A stretch of DNA of 64,000 nucleotides from an uncultured cyanobacterium (GCA_963703315.1 OY969811.1:2656001-2720000); one strand, 5' to 3'. Positions 40,301 to 50,247 are shown, counted from the first letter of the stretch. Numbers and translations: made by a program. The notes: generated by a model not told the origin, from the letters alone.

Positions 40301-40784
40301 GCACACCAAACCAGCCATTACCCACCTGAATTCCATTGGCAGTCGTTGCCGTAAAAGCCGCAGGAACATTCAAACTCGCATTTGCACCAAAAATAATTCC
40401 CGCAGGGTTTAACAAATAGAGATTAGAATTACCTCCTGTAACCTGAATTAATCCATTGATTATCGATGGATTACCACCACTCACCCGCGCCAGAATATTC
40501 TGAATGTTGGGATTGGACATAAAATTGGCAATCTGTCCCTGAGTTAAGCCAAATTGCTGAAAACTATGAAATAGATTCGCACCTGCTTGCATCCCACCCG
40601 AAATATTGAATTGCTGAGCATTAGTCACGTCAGGGGCTACTTGAGTTCCCAAATTGCCCACGCCTTGAGTTGGCACAATGGACTGAGCCAATGCTGAACT
40701 TCCCATAACAAAGGGTTGTATCAGTAGTAGTGCGATCGCTGTTTGTCTAATTTGTGTGAAATGACTCTTGACAACTACAGACAT
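37341..40784 (-). CDS. Filamentous-haemagglutinin-family TpsA exoprotein 2 with right-handed beta-helix region
   Basis: Same TPS domain, then VAAGTYQENL, NVTIDGFKLDG and parallel beta-helix repeats. Confidence 0.9.
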   Translation of the reverse strand: MSVVVKSHFTQIRQTAIALLLIQPFVMGSSALAQSIVPTQGVGNLGTQVAPDVTNAQQFNISGGMQAGANLFHSFQQFGLTQGQIANFMSNPNIQNILARVSGGNPSIINGLIQVTGGNSNLYLLNPAGIIFGANASLNVPAAFTATTANGIQVGNGWFGVHTGINDVNNLTGTPQAFGFASSTSSEQPVAAIANAGNLTTTTGQSITLVGGLVINTGTIATPAGKVTIAAVPNGKYVKITPEGSLLSLELPIASQNELAQSPILVTDLPTLLTGSASLQNMTGLNVDSSGNVLVANSSIPNVAGTAIASGTINVSSATGKGGEINVLGDRVGLISANLNASGAIGGGTVLVGGDYQGKGSVPNAEFTFGSQDTVIQAEALTNGNGGKVILWADNTTRFYGNIFARGGTQSGDGGFVETSGKINLDVNGSQINTLAPNGQDGTWLLDPSDLTINTTADSNIAGAPNFNTTASPAVLTVATILTNLTTGNVSITTSGGAGGNGDIFLNSSVSSATAGRTLTLTGRYISRSGGSTISLTGAGSNLVLNLNSVNTNAAPPANTIQNAIDTIGTVNGGTTVNVAAGTYQENLIIPNTISNVTLNGPFAGVSAGNSSATSRGAEAIIVPAANSITDGNIITVRANNVTIDGFKLDGDNTALAGGRSLNGIDVNAARGIANGTDGTSYTPIQNLTVKNNIIANTNRSGVLLFSSAATTMDGNVITNNRFDNMSAGNTPDGGRGVYLLRNAYADVTNNYITRALIGVQIQPQSSTTLGTRTNISNNTIESYFFGIWHNPVTANNATYTIANNNLSASDYTSWSVPGDTFVNAIKTNAGTSPNANTGIMLSSVTGTTSVNVNNNNISNSRSGIQAWKITTSGTAQITGGTLSNNQYGISLYNLDPNFGDAGTGRSTLNVNGVTVQNSTRAGVQTQYNSTLANRQLTLNIQNSTLSNNSVGLQVIGGTVMANGATATIGSNNTITGGNIGISIQDSGSALTGLTINNTSFSGQTSRFIALSNNALDNQRIDASAAQFNNVAGQNLTLAQYNVVESGLNHELNDSTLGLICLNSSCAPPAAPVVVTPTTTTTTSLTLTADTLTRLEREWQKVECIYESGFSRSYDPNLRRGYECDRAILLLPQNESPVIKLEVKNRE

Positions 40785-41215
40785 TGAGTTTCTCCTGTAT
40801 TACAAGTTAGAGAAAATATTAACTGATTGTAATTTGTTTGTAATTATTTAAAACTAGAAAATATTTGAGCTAAGTTGTCTCAAGCTTAATCTTCACAAAT
40901 ATTCTGACATCAATAGACATACTTAGTTTTAGCATAGTATATACCAGTTAATTAAGTAGGCTTAATTAACTGTAAAACTCTAAGCCATGTAGCACACGCT
41001 GGGCATATACTACAGGGCTTAAATTTGTTTTTTGATTTTGCCGAGATAGTTATACTTTATGTAGTGTTATAGAACAATTTACTTAAGCCATTTGTCTGCT
41101 ATTCACTAGCTCAAGAAACGCTATGTTAAATATAAAATAAAAATTTATGCTCTAAATTTAAAATCTCAAGTTATTCTATATTGCACTGTCGCTAATCGAA
41201 GTTGATATTAGGATC

Positions 41216-42859
41216 ATGCACTTATTCAAGCTAATTAGTATTTACAGATCATCTTTCCTTGTTTTTGCCTATATTCTCGTTGGCTCAGCAAAAATAGCGA
41301 CAGCAGAAACTATTAATCCAAGTAATCCCCTAACTACGCCATCATCCGTAGTTTTATCGCCAATCGCTCAAGCGATCGCAATTAAAAAAGTTGAGATCAT
41401 TGGTAGCACTATACTAAGTAAATCCGAACTAGAAACTATCTCTAAAACCCTTGAAGGGAAACAGGTAACTACGGAGCAGATTCAAGCAGCAGCCCAAGCC
41501 ATCACGCAAATCTATGCCGATCGCGGCTACATCACTTCTCAAGCAGTAGTCGATCCTCAAAAAATCGTTGATGGCATAGTGACCATTCAAGTAATTGAAG
41601 GTCGGGTTGAAAAAATTGAAATTCAGGGCTTAAACATCACCAATCCTGATTATGTGCGATCGCGAATAGAGTTAGGTACTAGCACTCCTCTCAATGCCAA
41701 CAAACTCGAAGATCAGTTGCGATTATTACGCGCAGATCCCATCTTTAGCAATGTTGAAGCTAGTTTAAAGTCAGGCAATCAGCCCGATAGCAGTATTGTC
41801 GTCGTTAAAGTTGAAGAAGCAAAGCAGTTTGGAGGATTTGCAAGTATCGACAACTTTTCTCCTCCCGCAGTCGGTTCCGAGCGCTATGGTGGCGGACTAT
41901 TTTTTCGGAATCTGTCGGGTAATGGTGACACTCTCTCTGCTTCCTATTATGGAACGACTACAGGTGGATCAAATCAATACGATTTATCCTATAGTATTCC
42001 CCTTAATCCGATGAATGGAACTTTATCGCTGCGATATTCTCCAAGCAACTATCGAATTACGCAAGCTCCCTTTGATGTGCTGAATATTCGTGGCAATAGT
42101 AATTTGTTTGATTTGAATTTCCGACAGCCATTAGTTAGAACCAGTGTAGAAGAATTTGCTATCTCCCTCGGCTATAGCTATCAAAAAGGACAGACCTTTA
42201 CCTTTAATGATCTTGCCACTCCCTTTGGAATCGGACCAGAAACAGATGGCACAACTCGCACCAGTGTGATCAAATTTGGACAGGACTATACATTACGGGA
42301 TTCCTTTGGAGCTTGGTCTTTGCGATCGCAGTTTAATCTAGGTACAGGTTTATTTGGTTCCACGAACGTGACTACCCCTAGTGGCTCATTTCTAAGCTGG
42401 TTAGGACAAGTTCAGCGCGTTCAAGCATTAGGTACGGATTCACTCCTGATCGGCTCTTTCGATCTCCAATTATCGGCTGATCCTCTGTTAGCTTCACAGC
42501 AATTTACGATCGGTGGTGGGCAATCTTTGCGAGGCTTTCGTCAAAATGCGCGGACTGGTGATAATGGTATCCGCTTCTCTTTAGAAAATCGATTTGTAGT
42601 GCTTCGCAATGACCAAAATGCAGCGCTATTGCAAGTTATCCCTTTTCTAGATACTGGTACAATTTGGAACCATCCTAATAATCCTAACCCTTTACCCAAT
42701 CAGAACTTTTTAGCAGGTGGCGGAGTTGGACTTCTATTTACGCCCTTTAGTCAGCTAAATTTGCGTTTAGATTACGCCTTGCCCTTTGTTAACCTCAGCG
42801 ATCGCGGTTCTAATCTACAAGAATCTGCCGTTTATTTTAGTTTAGGCTATCAATTCTAG
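41216..42859 (+). CDS. ShlB/FhaC/HecB-family TpsB transporter
   Basis: POTRA YADRGYITS..VIEG, GGGQSLRGF motif, C-terminal F. Confidence 0.92.
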   Translation: MHLFKLISIYRSSFLVFAYILVGSAKIATAETINPSNPLTTPSSVVLSPIAQAIAIKKVEIIGSTILSKSELETISKTLEGKQVTTEQIQAAAQAITQIYADRGYITSQAVVDPQKIVDGIVTIQVIEGRVEKIEIQGLNITNPDYVRSRIELGTSTPLNANKLEDQLRLLRADPIFSNVEASLKSGNQPDSSIVVVKVEEAKQFGGFASIDNFSPPAVGSERYGGGLFFRNLSGNGDTLSASYYGTTTGGSNQYDLSYSIPLNPMNGTLSLRYSPSNYRITQAPFDVLNIRGNSNLFDLNFRQPLVRTSVEEFAISLGYSYQKGQTFTFNDLATPFGIGPETDGTTRTSVIKFGQDYTLRDSFGAWSLRSQFNLGTGLFGSTNVTTPSGSFLSWLGQVQRVQALGTDSLLIGSFDLQLSADPLLASQQFTIGGGQSLRGFRQNARTGDNGIRFSLENRFVVLRNDQNAALLQVIPFLDTGTIWNHPNNPNPLPNQNFLAGGGVGLLFTPFSQLNLRLDYALPFVNLSDRGSNLQESAVYFSLGYQF

Positions 42860-43012
42860 ACCAAGGAGATTGACTGTTAGGGATGCACAGTAAAATTCTT
42901 GGCACGGCGGCGTAGCCACGCTAAAAAAATTGCTTCTTTAGCAATATTGCTTTCCCATAGGGGATAGCTTCTTGGTAAACTGGCAAAATATCCGCCCACT
43001 ATTGCATGACCC

Positions 43013-43507
43013 ATGACTTGTCCAGTTCCTAAAGATCAACAGCCATTAAATGAATATATTGAGCTTAAGGAAGCTTTCTTTTACCGTTGGGCAAAACTGG
43101 CGCGATCGCAATACTTAAAAGTTTTATTTCTGATGTGGCTGGGTTTTACGGTCATTTTTTCACCAGTTGCCATGAGCATCGCATCACCTAGTCGTCATTT
43201 GTGGCAATTTATCTGCGTGGCAAGCATCGGCGGCATGGTAGGGCTAATTTTGCCAGTATTGCTATTACTCTCAGGATGGAGTCATGTGAAGCAACGCCTT
43301 GATAGCGCTAAGATTTTTTATGAAGAGTCGGGGTGGTATGACGGACAAACATGGGAAAAGCCAGAAGCAGATTTGACAAAGGATCGCTTGCTGGTTGCCT
43401 ATGAAATTAAGCCTATTTTAAATAGATTACAAATAACACTATTGACAATCATTGGGGTTCTTGTACTTAGCTTTGGCACTTTAAAGATTTTCGGCTCTGC
43501 AATTTAA
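43013..43507 (+). CDS. ycf36: Ycf36/CGLD27 (DUF1230) protein
   Basis: CPVPKDQQPLNEY, YEESGWYDGQTWEKP. Confidence 0.88.
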   Translation: MTCPVPKDQQPLNEYIELKEAFFYRWAKLARSQYLKVLFLMWLGFTVIFSPVAMSIASPSRHLWQFICVASIGGMVGLILPVLLLLSGWSHVKQRLDSAKIFYEESGWYDGQTWEKPEADLTKDRLLVAYEIKPILNRLQITLLTIIGVLVLSFGTLKIFGSAI

Positions 43508-43512
43508 TCAAA

Positions 43513-43650
43513 AGTTGGTTAGTACAAACATAAACCCAAGAAGCGAGTGGCGGCGCTCCGCGCCGCCACTCGCTTCTTGGGTTTTGTCCTAAGCAAAACT
43601 TTTTTGCTATAAAACTAAAAATGGCGTAGCCATTTTTAGTTTTGGTATTA
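43513..43650. repeat. MITE-like repeat plus second hairpin between convergent genes
   Basis: AAACCCAAGAAGCGAGTGGCGGCGC-TCC-GCGCCGCCACTCGCTTCTTGGGTTT (43532-43584) and hairpin 43611-43643. Confidence 0.85.
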
Positions 43651-44337
43651 CCATGCAGGATGCGAAAAAATTGCCTGCATGGTTTTATTGCCACGCAATT
43701 GATTAGAGAGCGGTAAATGCCCTCTTGGTGCATCAAGGCTCCAAATAAACTCATTGGGATAACGAGTAAAGGAACCATCTTTTTTCCAGCCTATCTTTAA
43801 CCAAAACTTTTCCCAACCTTTGCCCAAACTTAGCCAGATTTTACGCTGTACCGAGAAGCCAAACTTGCCTTCGGAATATACTAGCCATAGTTGATTAATT
43901 GTCTGTAAATCACTTACAGGGATTAACTTTGCTTCTGTGAAATATAGCCAACCTCTTGCGAAGGCATCAGCACTCGCCGCTTCGCATAGTTTTTTGCTAG
44001 TAATTCGATCCGCTTCTTCAAAGTCTTGTTTTGCTAGCAAAATTTGAATTGGTTGATAGTCGATCGCCTTTTCCGACTTTAAGGTAACGACACCATGAGG
44101 ATAATGGGTTTGGGCTAATTCCATCGCTCTTGGCAAATCACTTTGTAATAAGACTTGATGGATTTTGCCATCAATCCAAGTCACTTCAGTATTTGTAGCT
44201 TTACGAGTTTGAATAAATTCATCCAATATTTGTAAGCCTTCTTCGCCAAATTTGACTATTTCAGCGATCGCAGGTAATTGATTTGCCTCTTTACCTGAAA
44301 ATAATTTATCTTTTAACGCGGTCAGTTGTGTATCCAT
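43648..44337 (-). CDS. gun4: GUN4 Mg-chelatase cofactor
   Basis: DFEEADRIT, LWLVYSEGKFGFSVQRKIW, APRGHLPLSNQLRG, FSHPAW. Confidence 0.92.
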   Translation of the reverse strand: MDTQLTALKDKLFSGKEANQLPAIAEIVKFGEEGLQILDEFIQTRKATNTEVTWIDGKIHQVLLQSDLPRAMELAQTHYPHGVVTLKSEKAIDYQPIQILLAKQDFEEADRITSKKLCEAASADAFARGWLYFTEAKLIPVSDLQTINQLWLVYSEGKFGFSVQRKIWLSLGKGWEKFWLKIGWKKDGSFTRYPNEFIWSLDAPRGHLPLSNQLRGNKTMQAIFSHPAW

Positions 44338-44387
44338 CAGATCTTAAAAAATCGCAAAAATCGCACCACTTTGAATTTACACCTTTA

Positions 44388-44512
44388 ATACCAAAACTAA
44401 AACCCAAGAAGCGATTTGCGGCGCAAAGCGCCGCAAATCATCTTCTGGTTTTATGTCCTCAGCAAAACTTGCACAGAACTTAAAAAGCAGCACCCATTGG
44501 GTGCTGCTTTTT
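44388..44512. repeat. MITE-like hairpin plus terminator hairpin
   Basis: GATTTGCGGCGC-AAA-GCGCCGCAAATC with TTTTATGTCCTCAGCAAAACT tail; TAAAAAGCAGCACCC-ATT-GGGTGCTGCTTTTTA. Confidence 0.8.
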
Positions 44513-44526
44513 AAAATTTTAGCTAA

Positions 44527-45105
44527 TTAGTCGATGTAACCCATAAGTCCTGCATTGTCGATCGCATTAGACGCAACAGGTCTTGTCCCACCCATTTGCG
44601 AGTAAGTGTCATTGATTACTAAGCCTGCGGAGCCGACAGGACGCTCACCAGCGATATAAAACTTATCAACAATCACAAAGCCATCTTCGACCACAGGACG
44701 CTCGCCTGAGGAGAAAAATGTACTTGTGACATGGACACCACCACTGGTGATCGGACGGATTGCACCCATTGAGTTGTAAGAACTACTAATTACTAACTTG
44801 CTAGCCTCAACAGGACGTTCACCCGAACTGTTGAAATATTCAACGGCACGGAAGCCACCATCAACAATGGGGCGATCGCCATAATGCTTAATAGTTTCAG
44901 TCACAATTAATGATCCTTTTTGAGCGATTGAGGCGGCGACAGGCTTAGAGTCTTCTTTGACTGCTAAAGCTGCGATATCGACAGTACCAGTCGCTTGATT
45001 TTTGGTAGCAGTGGACTCAGTTTCAGACTTAGCCTTGGTAGGACGATTTTTGTCTGTATTTTCAGTTTTGGGGCTATCTGCCTTAGCTTCGGGGCTGTTA
45101 CTCAT
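44527..45105 (-). CDS. Hypothetical protein with six ~19-aa RP[IV] repeats
   Basis: GDRPI, GERPV, AIRPI, GERPV, GERPV, GTRPV at regular spacing after a disordered N-terminus. Confidence 0.75.
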   Translation of the reverse strand: MSNSPEAKADSPKTENTDKNRPTKAKSETESTATKNQATGTVDIAALAVKEDSKPVAASIAQKGSLIVTETIKHYGDRPIVDGGFRAVEYFNSSGERPVEASKLVISSSYNSMGAIRPITSGGVHVTSTFFSSGERPVVEDGFVIVDKFYIAGERPVGSAGLVINDTYSQMGGTRPVASNAIDNAGLMGYID

Positions 45106-45394
45106 ACTGGTTTAATCCTCAAATTTATTCCTAAAAAAATCTTGATTACTTGTAATTGCTCTTAATTTTTTCGCGATCGCTAAAAAACTTTTAAAGTTAT
45201 AACCTTTCAAGTTAATTCTACAGAAAAAGTCAATGTTATTAATCTTTTGACAAATTGCTTATTGATTGACCCAGAAAACAGTCAAGCCCCACCAAATTAA
45301 CCAAAACCCTTTTACAAGCAAGATTCTCCAACTGTTGGATCTTATTTCATAGGACATTGTGATAAGACTCATCAGATATCGCAATATTAAGTCA

Positions 45395-45445
45395 AAACCC
45401 AGTAGAGAGTGGCGGCGCATAGCGCCGCCACTCTCTACTGGGTTT
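45395..45445. repeat. REP-like hairpin
   Basis: AAACCCAGTAGAGAGTGGCGGCGC-ATA-GCGCCGCCACTCTCTACTGGGTTT. Confidence 0.85.
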
Positions 45446-45470
45446 GTCTACGACACATTGTGTCGTGATT

Positions 45471-46022
45471 TTATCCCACTGCTGGCATGACTCTAGGTAG
45501 CTCTAGACGTTGCTGGGCAGATGGACGGCGGGTACGACCTGACAAACGGAAACTGAGGCTTTGCAATTCGATGTGCAACTGACGGTTTTCCTTTTGCAGC
45601 GCTTCAATTTTTTGTTTGATGGGGACAATGCGCTCAGCAAACTTAGCGCGATAAATATTTGGCAATTCCTGTACGACCTGTTCTAACATCCGATTGCGAT
45701 CGCTCATTTCTTGAATGGTTTGACGAAGTTCAACGGCTTCGCGATCGCGATCTTGGATTTGGGCTTGGGTTGCCATCAATTGATTTTCGACCATTGCCAG
45801 CTTTTGTTCCAAAAAGCGCATTTCTTCTGAATGCTGCTCATGCACTTCAGGATTGGGCAGAAAAGCGGTATTCCCCTTTACCAAGCGAAAAAGCTCTTCG
45901 GAAAGCTGCTGTACGAGTAGATCTTTTTGCTCTAGCTCGACCTTAAGTAAATTAATTTCCTGCTGAAGATTTACTGCTGTATTCTCGGAGGGATTTGCTA
46001 GGGTATTTACTGTGGCATTCAT
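45471..46022 (-). CDS. Cyanobacterial coiled-coil protein (Npun_F5560-like)
   Basis: LVQQLSEELFRLVKGN, LEQVVQELPNIYRAKF, LQKENRQLH. Confidence 0.75.
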   Translation of the reverse strand: MNATVNTLANPSENTAVNLQQEINLLKVELEQKDLLVQQLSEELFRLVKGNTAFLPNPEVHEQHSEEMRFLEQKLAMVENQLMATQAQIQDRDREAVELRQTIQEMSDRNRMLEQVVQELPNIYRAKFAERIVPIKQKIEALQKENRQLHIELQSLSFRLSGRTRRPSAQQRLELPRVMPAVG

Positions 46023-46136
46023 AGCTGCGATTCTTTGGGGGATTTAGGCTAAGATTTATAGCACACAAGTACTGAATTGGCAATTTTTTGAAACATCTTT
46101 GAAGCAGCATACTCAGAATCGCGCCTAAACCCTAAC

Positions 46137-46766
46137 ATGATCAACACCCAAGAATCGCCAATTAACCATTATTTGCCTATAACTCCTTTTCAAGGAAACC
46201 TCGAAGATCATATATTGCTAGCTGCTACTCAGTCGGCACTTCAGTTACAAACCTATTTACTCAAAAACTCAATTTCCTACGCTCAATCCGTAAGTGGAAA
46301 TCTCATTCTCAAAACCACGCTCAAAAACACATTGGAAACCCTCACCAAATCTACGGAAGCGGATGAAGGCAGTATTTTTTTGATAGATGAAGACGGGGTG
46401 ATCATGGAGAGCATTTTGGCGCGAGGTCCCGTCACTCGGGATCTCAAGGATTCGGTAATTTCTAAGGTATTAGATGATGGCTTAGCGGGTTGGGCATTGC
46501 GACATCGACAAATTGGGCTTATCTATGATGCAGTTCTGGACGATCGCTGGGTACAGTTACCCGATCAACCATACATAGCGCGTTCGGCTCTGGCAGTTCC
46601 TTTAATCTATGGGATTGAGGCGATCGGCATTATTACGCTGACCCATGCTCAGCCAAATCATTTTGATGAGGCGATCGCGATGATGATGCAATATGCGATG
46701 GAGGGAATTACGGCGATTATTCTAAATGCTAGATTACATTCAGAATATCGACCTTTAGGGCTATAG
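46137..46766 (+). CDS. GAF-domain protein
   Basis: GSIFL, GLAGWAL, DDRW, RSALAVPL, GIITLTH..PNHF. Confidence 0.85.
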   Translation: MINTQESPINHYLPITPFQGNLEDHILLAATQSALQLQTYLLKNSISYAQSVSGNLILKTTLKNTLETLTKSTEADEGSIFLIDEDGVIMESILARGPVTRDLKDSVISKVLDDGLAGWALRHRQIGLIYDAVLDDRWVQLPDQPYIARSALAVPLIYGIEAIGIITLTHAQPNHFDEAIAMMMQYAMEGITAIILNARLHSEYRPLGL

Positions 46767-46801
46767 TTTGATGAACAAGGGGCTTAAACCCCTTGCCCGT
46801 G

Positions 46802-48415
46802 CTAATTTTCAGGTGGCAAAGAAATAGGACTGAGTTTGAGATTTGGGTGATCGGACTTAATTTGTTCTAGATTCCATTGGTTTTTAAACAGCAACACAGG
46901 ACGTTCCCAACGATCTTTGACGACAAAGGTGTTGAATAAACGACCAACTTTTTCCAGCGCTTCCCAGCCATCCACCACCCACTGAGCCACAGAATAGGGT
47001 AGTAGTTCCAAATAGGTTTCTACACCGTACTCTTGAGCTAAGCGAAACTGAACTACCTCAAACTGAAGCTGTCCAACTGCCGCCAGTACAGGGTCACGCT
47101 TACTTTCATCAGTGGAATTGAGAATTTGCACGGCTCCTTCCTCTTGGAGTTCCGAAACGCCTTTATTGAAACTCTTGTACTTAGTCGGATCGGTATTGCG
47201 GAGGTAGGCAAATAGCTCAGGAGAAAATGATGGAATGCTGGGAAAGCGCAGTTTGGAGCCAACACAGACCGTATCGCCAATCACAAAGCTTCCCGGATTA
47301 TTTAAGCCCACTACATCGCCAGCGTAGGCAGTCTCTACAGTCTCGCGATCCTGAGCAAATAATTTTTGCGGACGAGATAGGCGCATTGTTTTGCCAGTTC
47401 GCGCATGGGTGACCACCATATCCTTCTCAAACTTGCCCGAACAAACTCGCAGAAAGGCGATGCGATCGCGATGTTTGGGGTCCATATTCGCTTGCAACTT
47501 AAAGACAAAACCTGAAAATTCGGGGCTTGTGGGCAAGACTTCACCGCGATCGCTATTATGGGGAGTTGGCTTGAGGGCATATTCTAAAAATGCTTCCAGA
47601 AATAGCTCTACCCCAAAATTATTCATGGCACTGCCAAAAAATACGGGTGTGACTTTGCCGTGATGAATTGCTGCTAAGTCCAGTTCGCCGCCAAGCCCAT
47701 CAAGGAGTTCTAAATCTTCTAATAATTGCGCGTACAAATTAGGATCGAGCAATGACTCAATTTCAGGATCATCAAGAGCAACCACAGTTTCATTGGCTTT
47801 TTTGCTACCGTGAGAAGTTCTCGTAAATAAATGAATGACTTGCTGGCGGCGATCGTAGACACCTTGAAACTGATCACCCGTACCGATCGGCCAATTCACG
47901 ACATAGGTGGTTAAGCCAAGTTCCTGCTCGATTTCGTCAATCAGTTCTAGGGGTGTCATACTAGGGCGATCGAGCTTATTGATAAAGGTAAAAATCGGCA
48001 GCGATCGCATTCGACAAACTTCAAACAATTTACGGGTTTGCGTTTCTAGTCCTTTAGCCGCATCAATTAGCATCACTGCATTATCCGCCGCCGCTAAAGT
48101 ACGATAGGTATCTTCACTAAAATCTTGGTGTCCTGGGGTATCAAGTAAATTTAGTAAGTGCTTTTGATATTCAAACTGCATCACTGTGGAGGTAATGGAA
48201 ATACCACGCTGTTGTTCCATTTCCATCCAGTCAGAAGTGGCACTCCGTTGCGATCGCTTTGCCTTAACTGCTCCTGCTTCTTGAATTGCACCTCCATATA
48301 GCAATAATTTTTCCGTAAGTGTGGTTTTACCTGCGTCAGGGTGAGAAATAATCGCAAAATTACGGCGGCGATCGACTTCTATCCCTAATTCGGCAGCAAT
48401 TGGGTCAATTTGCAT
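46802..48415 (-). CDS. prfC: Peptide chain release factor 3
   Basis: [45 protein letters not shown]. Confidence 0.97.
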   Translation of the reverse strand: MQIDPIAAELGIEVDRRRNFAIISHPDAGKTTLTEKLLLYGGAIQEAGAVKAKRSQRSATSDWMEMEQQRGISITSTVMQFEYQKHLLNLLDTPGHQDFSEDTYRTLAAADNAVMLIDAAKGLETQTRKLFEVCRMRSLPIFTFINKLDRPSMTPLELIDEIEQELGLTTYVVNWPIGTGDQFQGVYDRRQQVIHLFTRTSHGSKKANETVVALDDPEIESLLDPNLYAQLLEDLELLDGLGGELDLAAIHHGKVTPVFFGSAMNNFGVELFLEAFLEYALKPTPHNSDRGEVLPTSPEFSGFVFKLQANMDPKHRDRIAFLRVCSGKFEKDMVVTHARTGKTMRLSRPQKLFAQDRETVETAYAGDVVGLNNPGSFVIGDTVCVGSKLRFPSIPSFSPELFAYLRNTDPTKYKSFNKGVSELQEEGAVQILNSTDESKRDPVLAAVGQLQFEVVQFRLAQEYGVETYLELLPYSVAQWVVDGWEALEKVGRLFNTFVVKDRWERPVLLFKNQWNLEQIKSDHPNLKLSPISLPPEN

Positions 48416-48745
48416 AAATTTCTAATTTTAGACTGTTATTGATAAACTGTAACGATGAAACCTTCTCCAACTTCTTCTATTTCTTCCTTAAACTTCTCCA
48501 TTGATCAGTTACCTGGATTAAGTGCCGAGGATTGTGCCAAGCTCAAAGATCATGGTATCACCACGACTATATCTTTGCTAAAAAAGGCAGGTCGGAGCCG
48601 ATCGCAAAAAGAAGCTCTAGCCATTGCTCTGGGGGTCAGATTTCAACTATTAACAAAATGGTTAGCTTTTGCGGACTTAGCGCGTATTCCCTCGGTGGGT
48701 TGTCAACATTGCGGCGCGATCGTGCATAGTGGTATTGTGTCTATA

Positions 48746-49647
48746 GAACCCATTTGATATCTTAAGAAGTAGCGGCAAGACGCTTAAGCATAAGCCTGAT
48801 AAAGCATAACTTGAGTCTAGCATTGGCATTGACCAGAGTTCTGTCAAAGTTTTTAACAAGGCTTTTACATCTCTCCACCCAAGCATTGCTTCTTTCCACA
48901 ATCCAACGCATAGGAATAACAACGAAACCAGATATTCCTTGAGATTTCTTTTCATGCTTAGACATTTTCGGTGCAACCTTAAACCTAATCTTGGTCATAA
49001 TCTGAGAGTAAATCTTTTCTAATTCTTTAGTTAAATATTCAGGATTGTAGCCGTGATCTACCATGACTGTGATCTTAGGAATGTTGACGGGTTTGGCTTT
49101 GAAGTAATCTATGTTTGCCTCAAACATCTCAATCAAGCCCATGTCATCAGACACACTAGCTTTGGTGCAATGAGTAAAGAAAGGAAAACCAAGCGAATCA
49201 ATACCCAAATGTCGTTTGATGCCGTTAGTAGCTTTGTAGAAGCAGAAACCTTTGGAATCAACACTTGCATTACAAGTATTTTTTGTAGCTTGTGAATCAA
49301 CAATAATTAAGGTTGTCCACTTAGGCTTTTTTTTTACTTGTTCTCTTGTCTGCGCGTGTAATTGTTCGCTAATTGTATCTAGGACTCTTGCTTCGCGCCA
49401 TTGCTTGTAGTACCAATACACTGTGGAGTAAGGCGGTAGATCTTTGGGTAAGTCTGCCCAATTGCATCCATTCTTCAGTTGGTAGAATATTCCATTGAGT
49501 ATTTCGCGTTTTGTCCATTCTGGTGGTCTTGTCTTCTTTTTCTTTGGTAATAGAGGTTCTATGATCTCCCACTCTTTATCGCTTAAGTCTGTTGTATATC
49601 CCATCTTTTAGCCGTTTTTACTTTATTATAAGATATCAAATGGGTTC
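48746..49647 (-). mobile_element. IS5-family insertion sequence, 902 bp
   Basis: Perfect 19-bp TIRs GAACCCATTTGATATCTTA; flanking TATA duplication (exact length ambiguous because the target TCTATAGA is palindromic). Confidence 0.92.
48762..49604 (-). CDS. IS5-family DDE transposase
   Basis: YTTDLSDKEW, GCNWADLPKDLPPYSTVY, IVDSQ, VDHGY, RWIVERSNAW; stop codon lies inside the TIR. Confidence 0.93.
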   Translation of the reverse strand: MGYTTDLSDKEWEIIEPLLPKKKKTRPPEWTKREILNGIFYQLKNGCNWADLPKDLPPYSTVYWYYKQWREARVLDTISEQLHAQTREQVKKKPKWTTLIIVDSQATKNTCNASVDSKGFCFYKATNGIKRHLGIDSLGFPFFTHCTKASVSDDMGLIEMFEANIDYFKAKPVNIPKITVMVDHGYNPEYLTKELEKIYSQIMTKIRFKVAPKMSKHEKKSQGISGFVVIPMRWIVERSNAWVERCKSLVKNFDRTLVNANARLKLCFIRLMLKRLAATS

Positions 49648-50016
49648 TATAGAGCAGCTTGCCCAAACTCCCCTTGATAAGCTCCATCAACAAATTATGC
49701 GGTTACAAGTTCAAAACTTTCAAAGAGCTGATTTGTGTCCCAATATTGCCGAAATGTCAATCTGGATTAAGCAAGCTAAACAATTGACATCTGCTAAAGT
49801 ACGCAAAAATTCGGATTAGTGAAGATAGATAGTTAGCTAGTAGCTGAACGTCACAGACTTTATGAATTTTGAGTAGGTTCGGGGTTGATCCTCAACGGGA
49901 TTGTGATTAGGGGTGTAAGAGCAATTCATGTAAAATAAAATAAGATAAAACCAAAAATATTTTGATATCGTTATTTGAGATATGAATGCTATAAGAGAGC
50001 TTATTTTAGGTAAGTT

Positions 50017-50247
50017 ATGAACTACCGAAATCACATCACGATTGAACCTAATAAGCGCAGTGGTAAACCATGTGTACGTGGTTTGCGAATTACGGTTTAT
50101 GAAGTGCTTGATTATCTAGCTTCTGATATGACGGAAGCAGAAATACTCGAAGACTTTCCCGATCTGACGCAGGAAGATTTGAAGGCGTGTATTGCTTATG
50201 CGGCTGACCGAGAGCGTCGGTTTATGACAGTGCCAATATCCGCATGA
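50017..50247 (+). CDS. DUF433 antitoxin
   Basis: GKPCVRGLRITV..VL..L..GMT-like, EILEDFPDLT.EDL.AC. Confidence 0.88.
   Translation: MNYRNHITIEPNKRSGKPCVRGLRITVYEVLDYLASDMTEAEILEDFPDLTQEDLKACIAYAADRERRFMTVPISA

Larger units (their letters stand above)
48455..49819 (+). pseudogene. DUF4332-like gene split by IS5 (48455-48745 joined to 49652-49819)
   Basis: ...ADLARIPSVGCQHCGAIVHSGIVSI | EQLAQTPLDKLHQQI...WIKQAKQL rejoins in frame when the IS is removed. Confidence 0.85.

Noticed and set aside
49592..49819. 75-aa ORF treated as an independent gene
   Set aside because: It is the 3' half of the IS5-interrupted gene read from inside the IS end.
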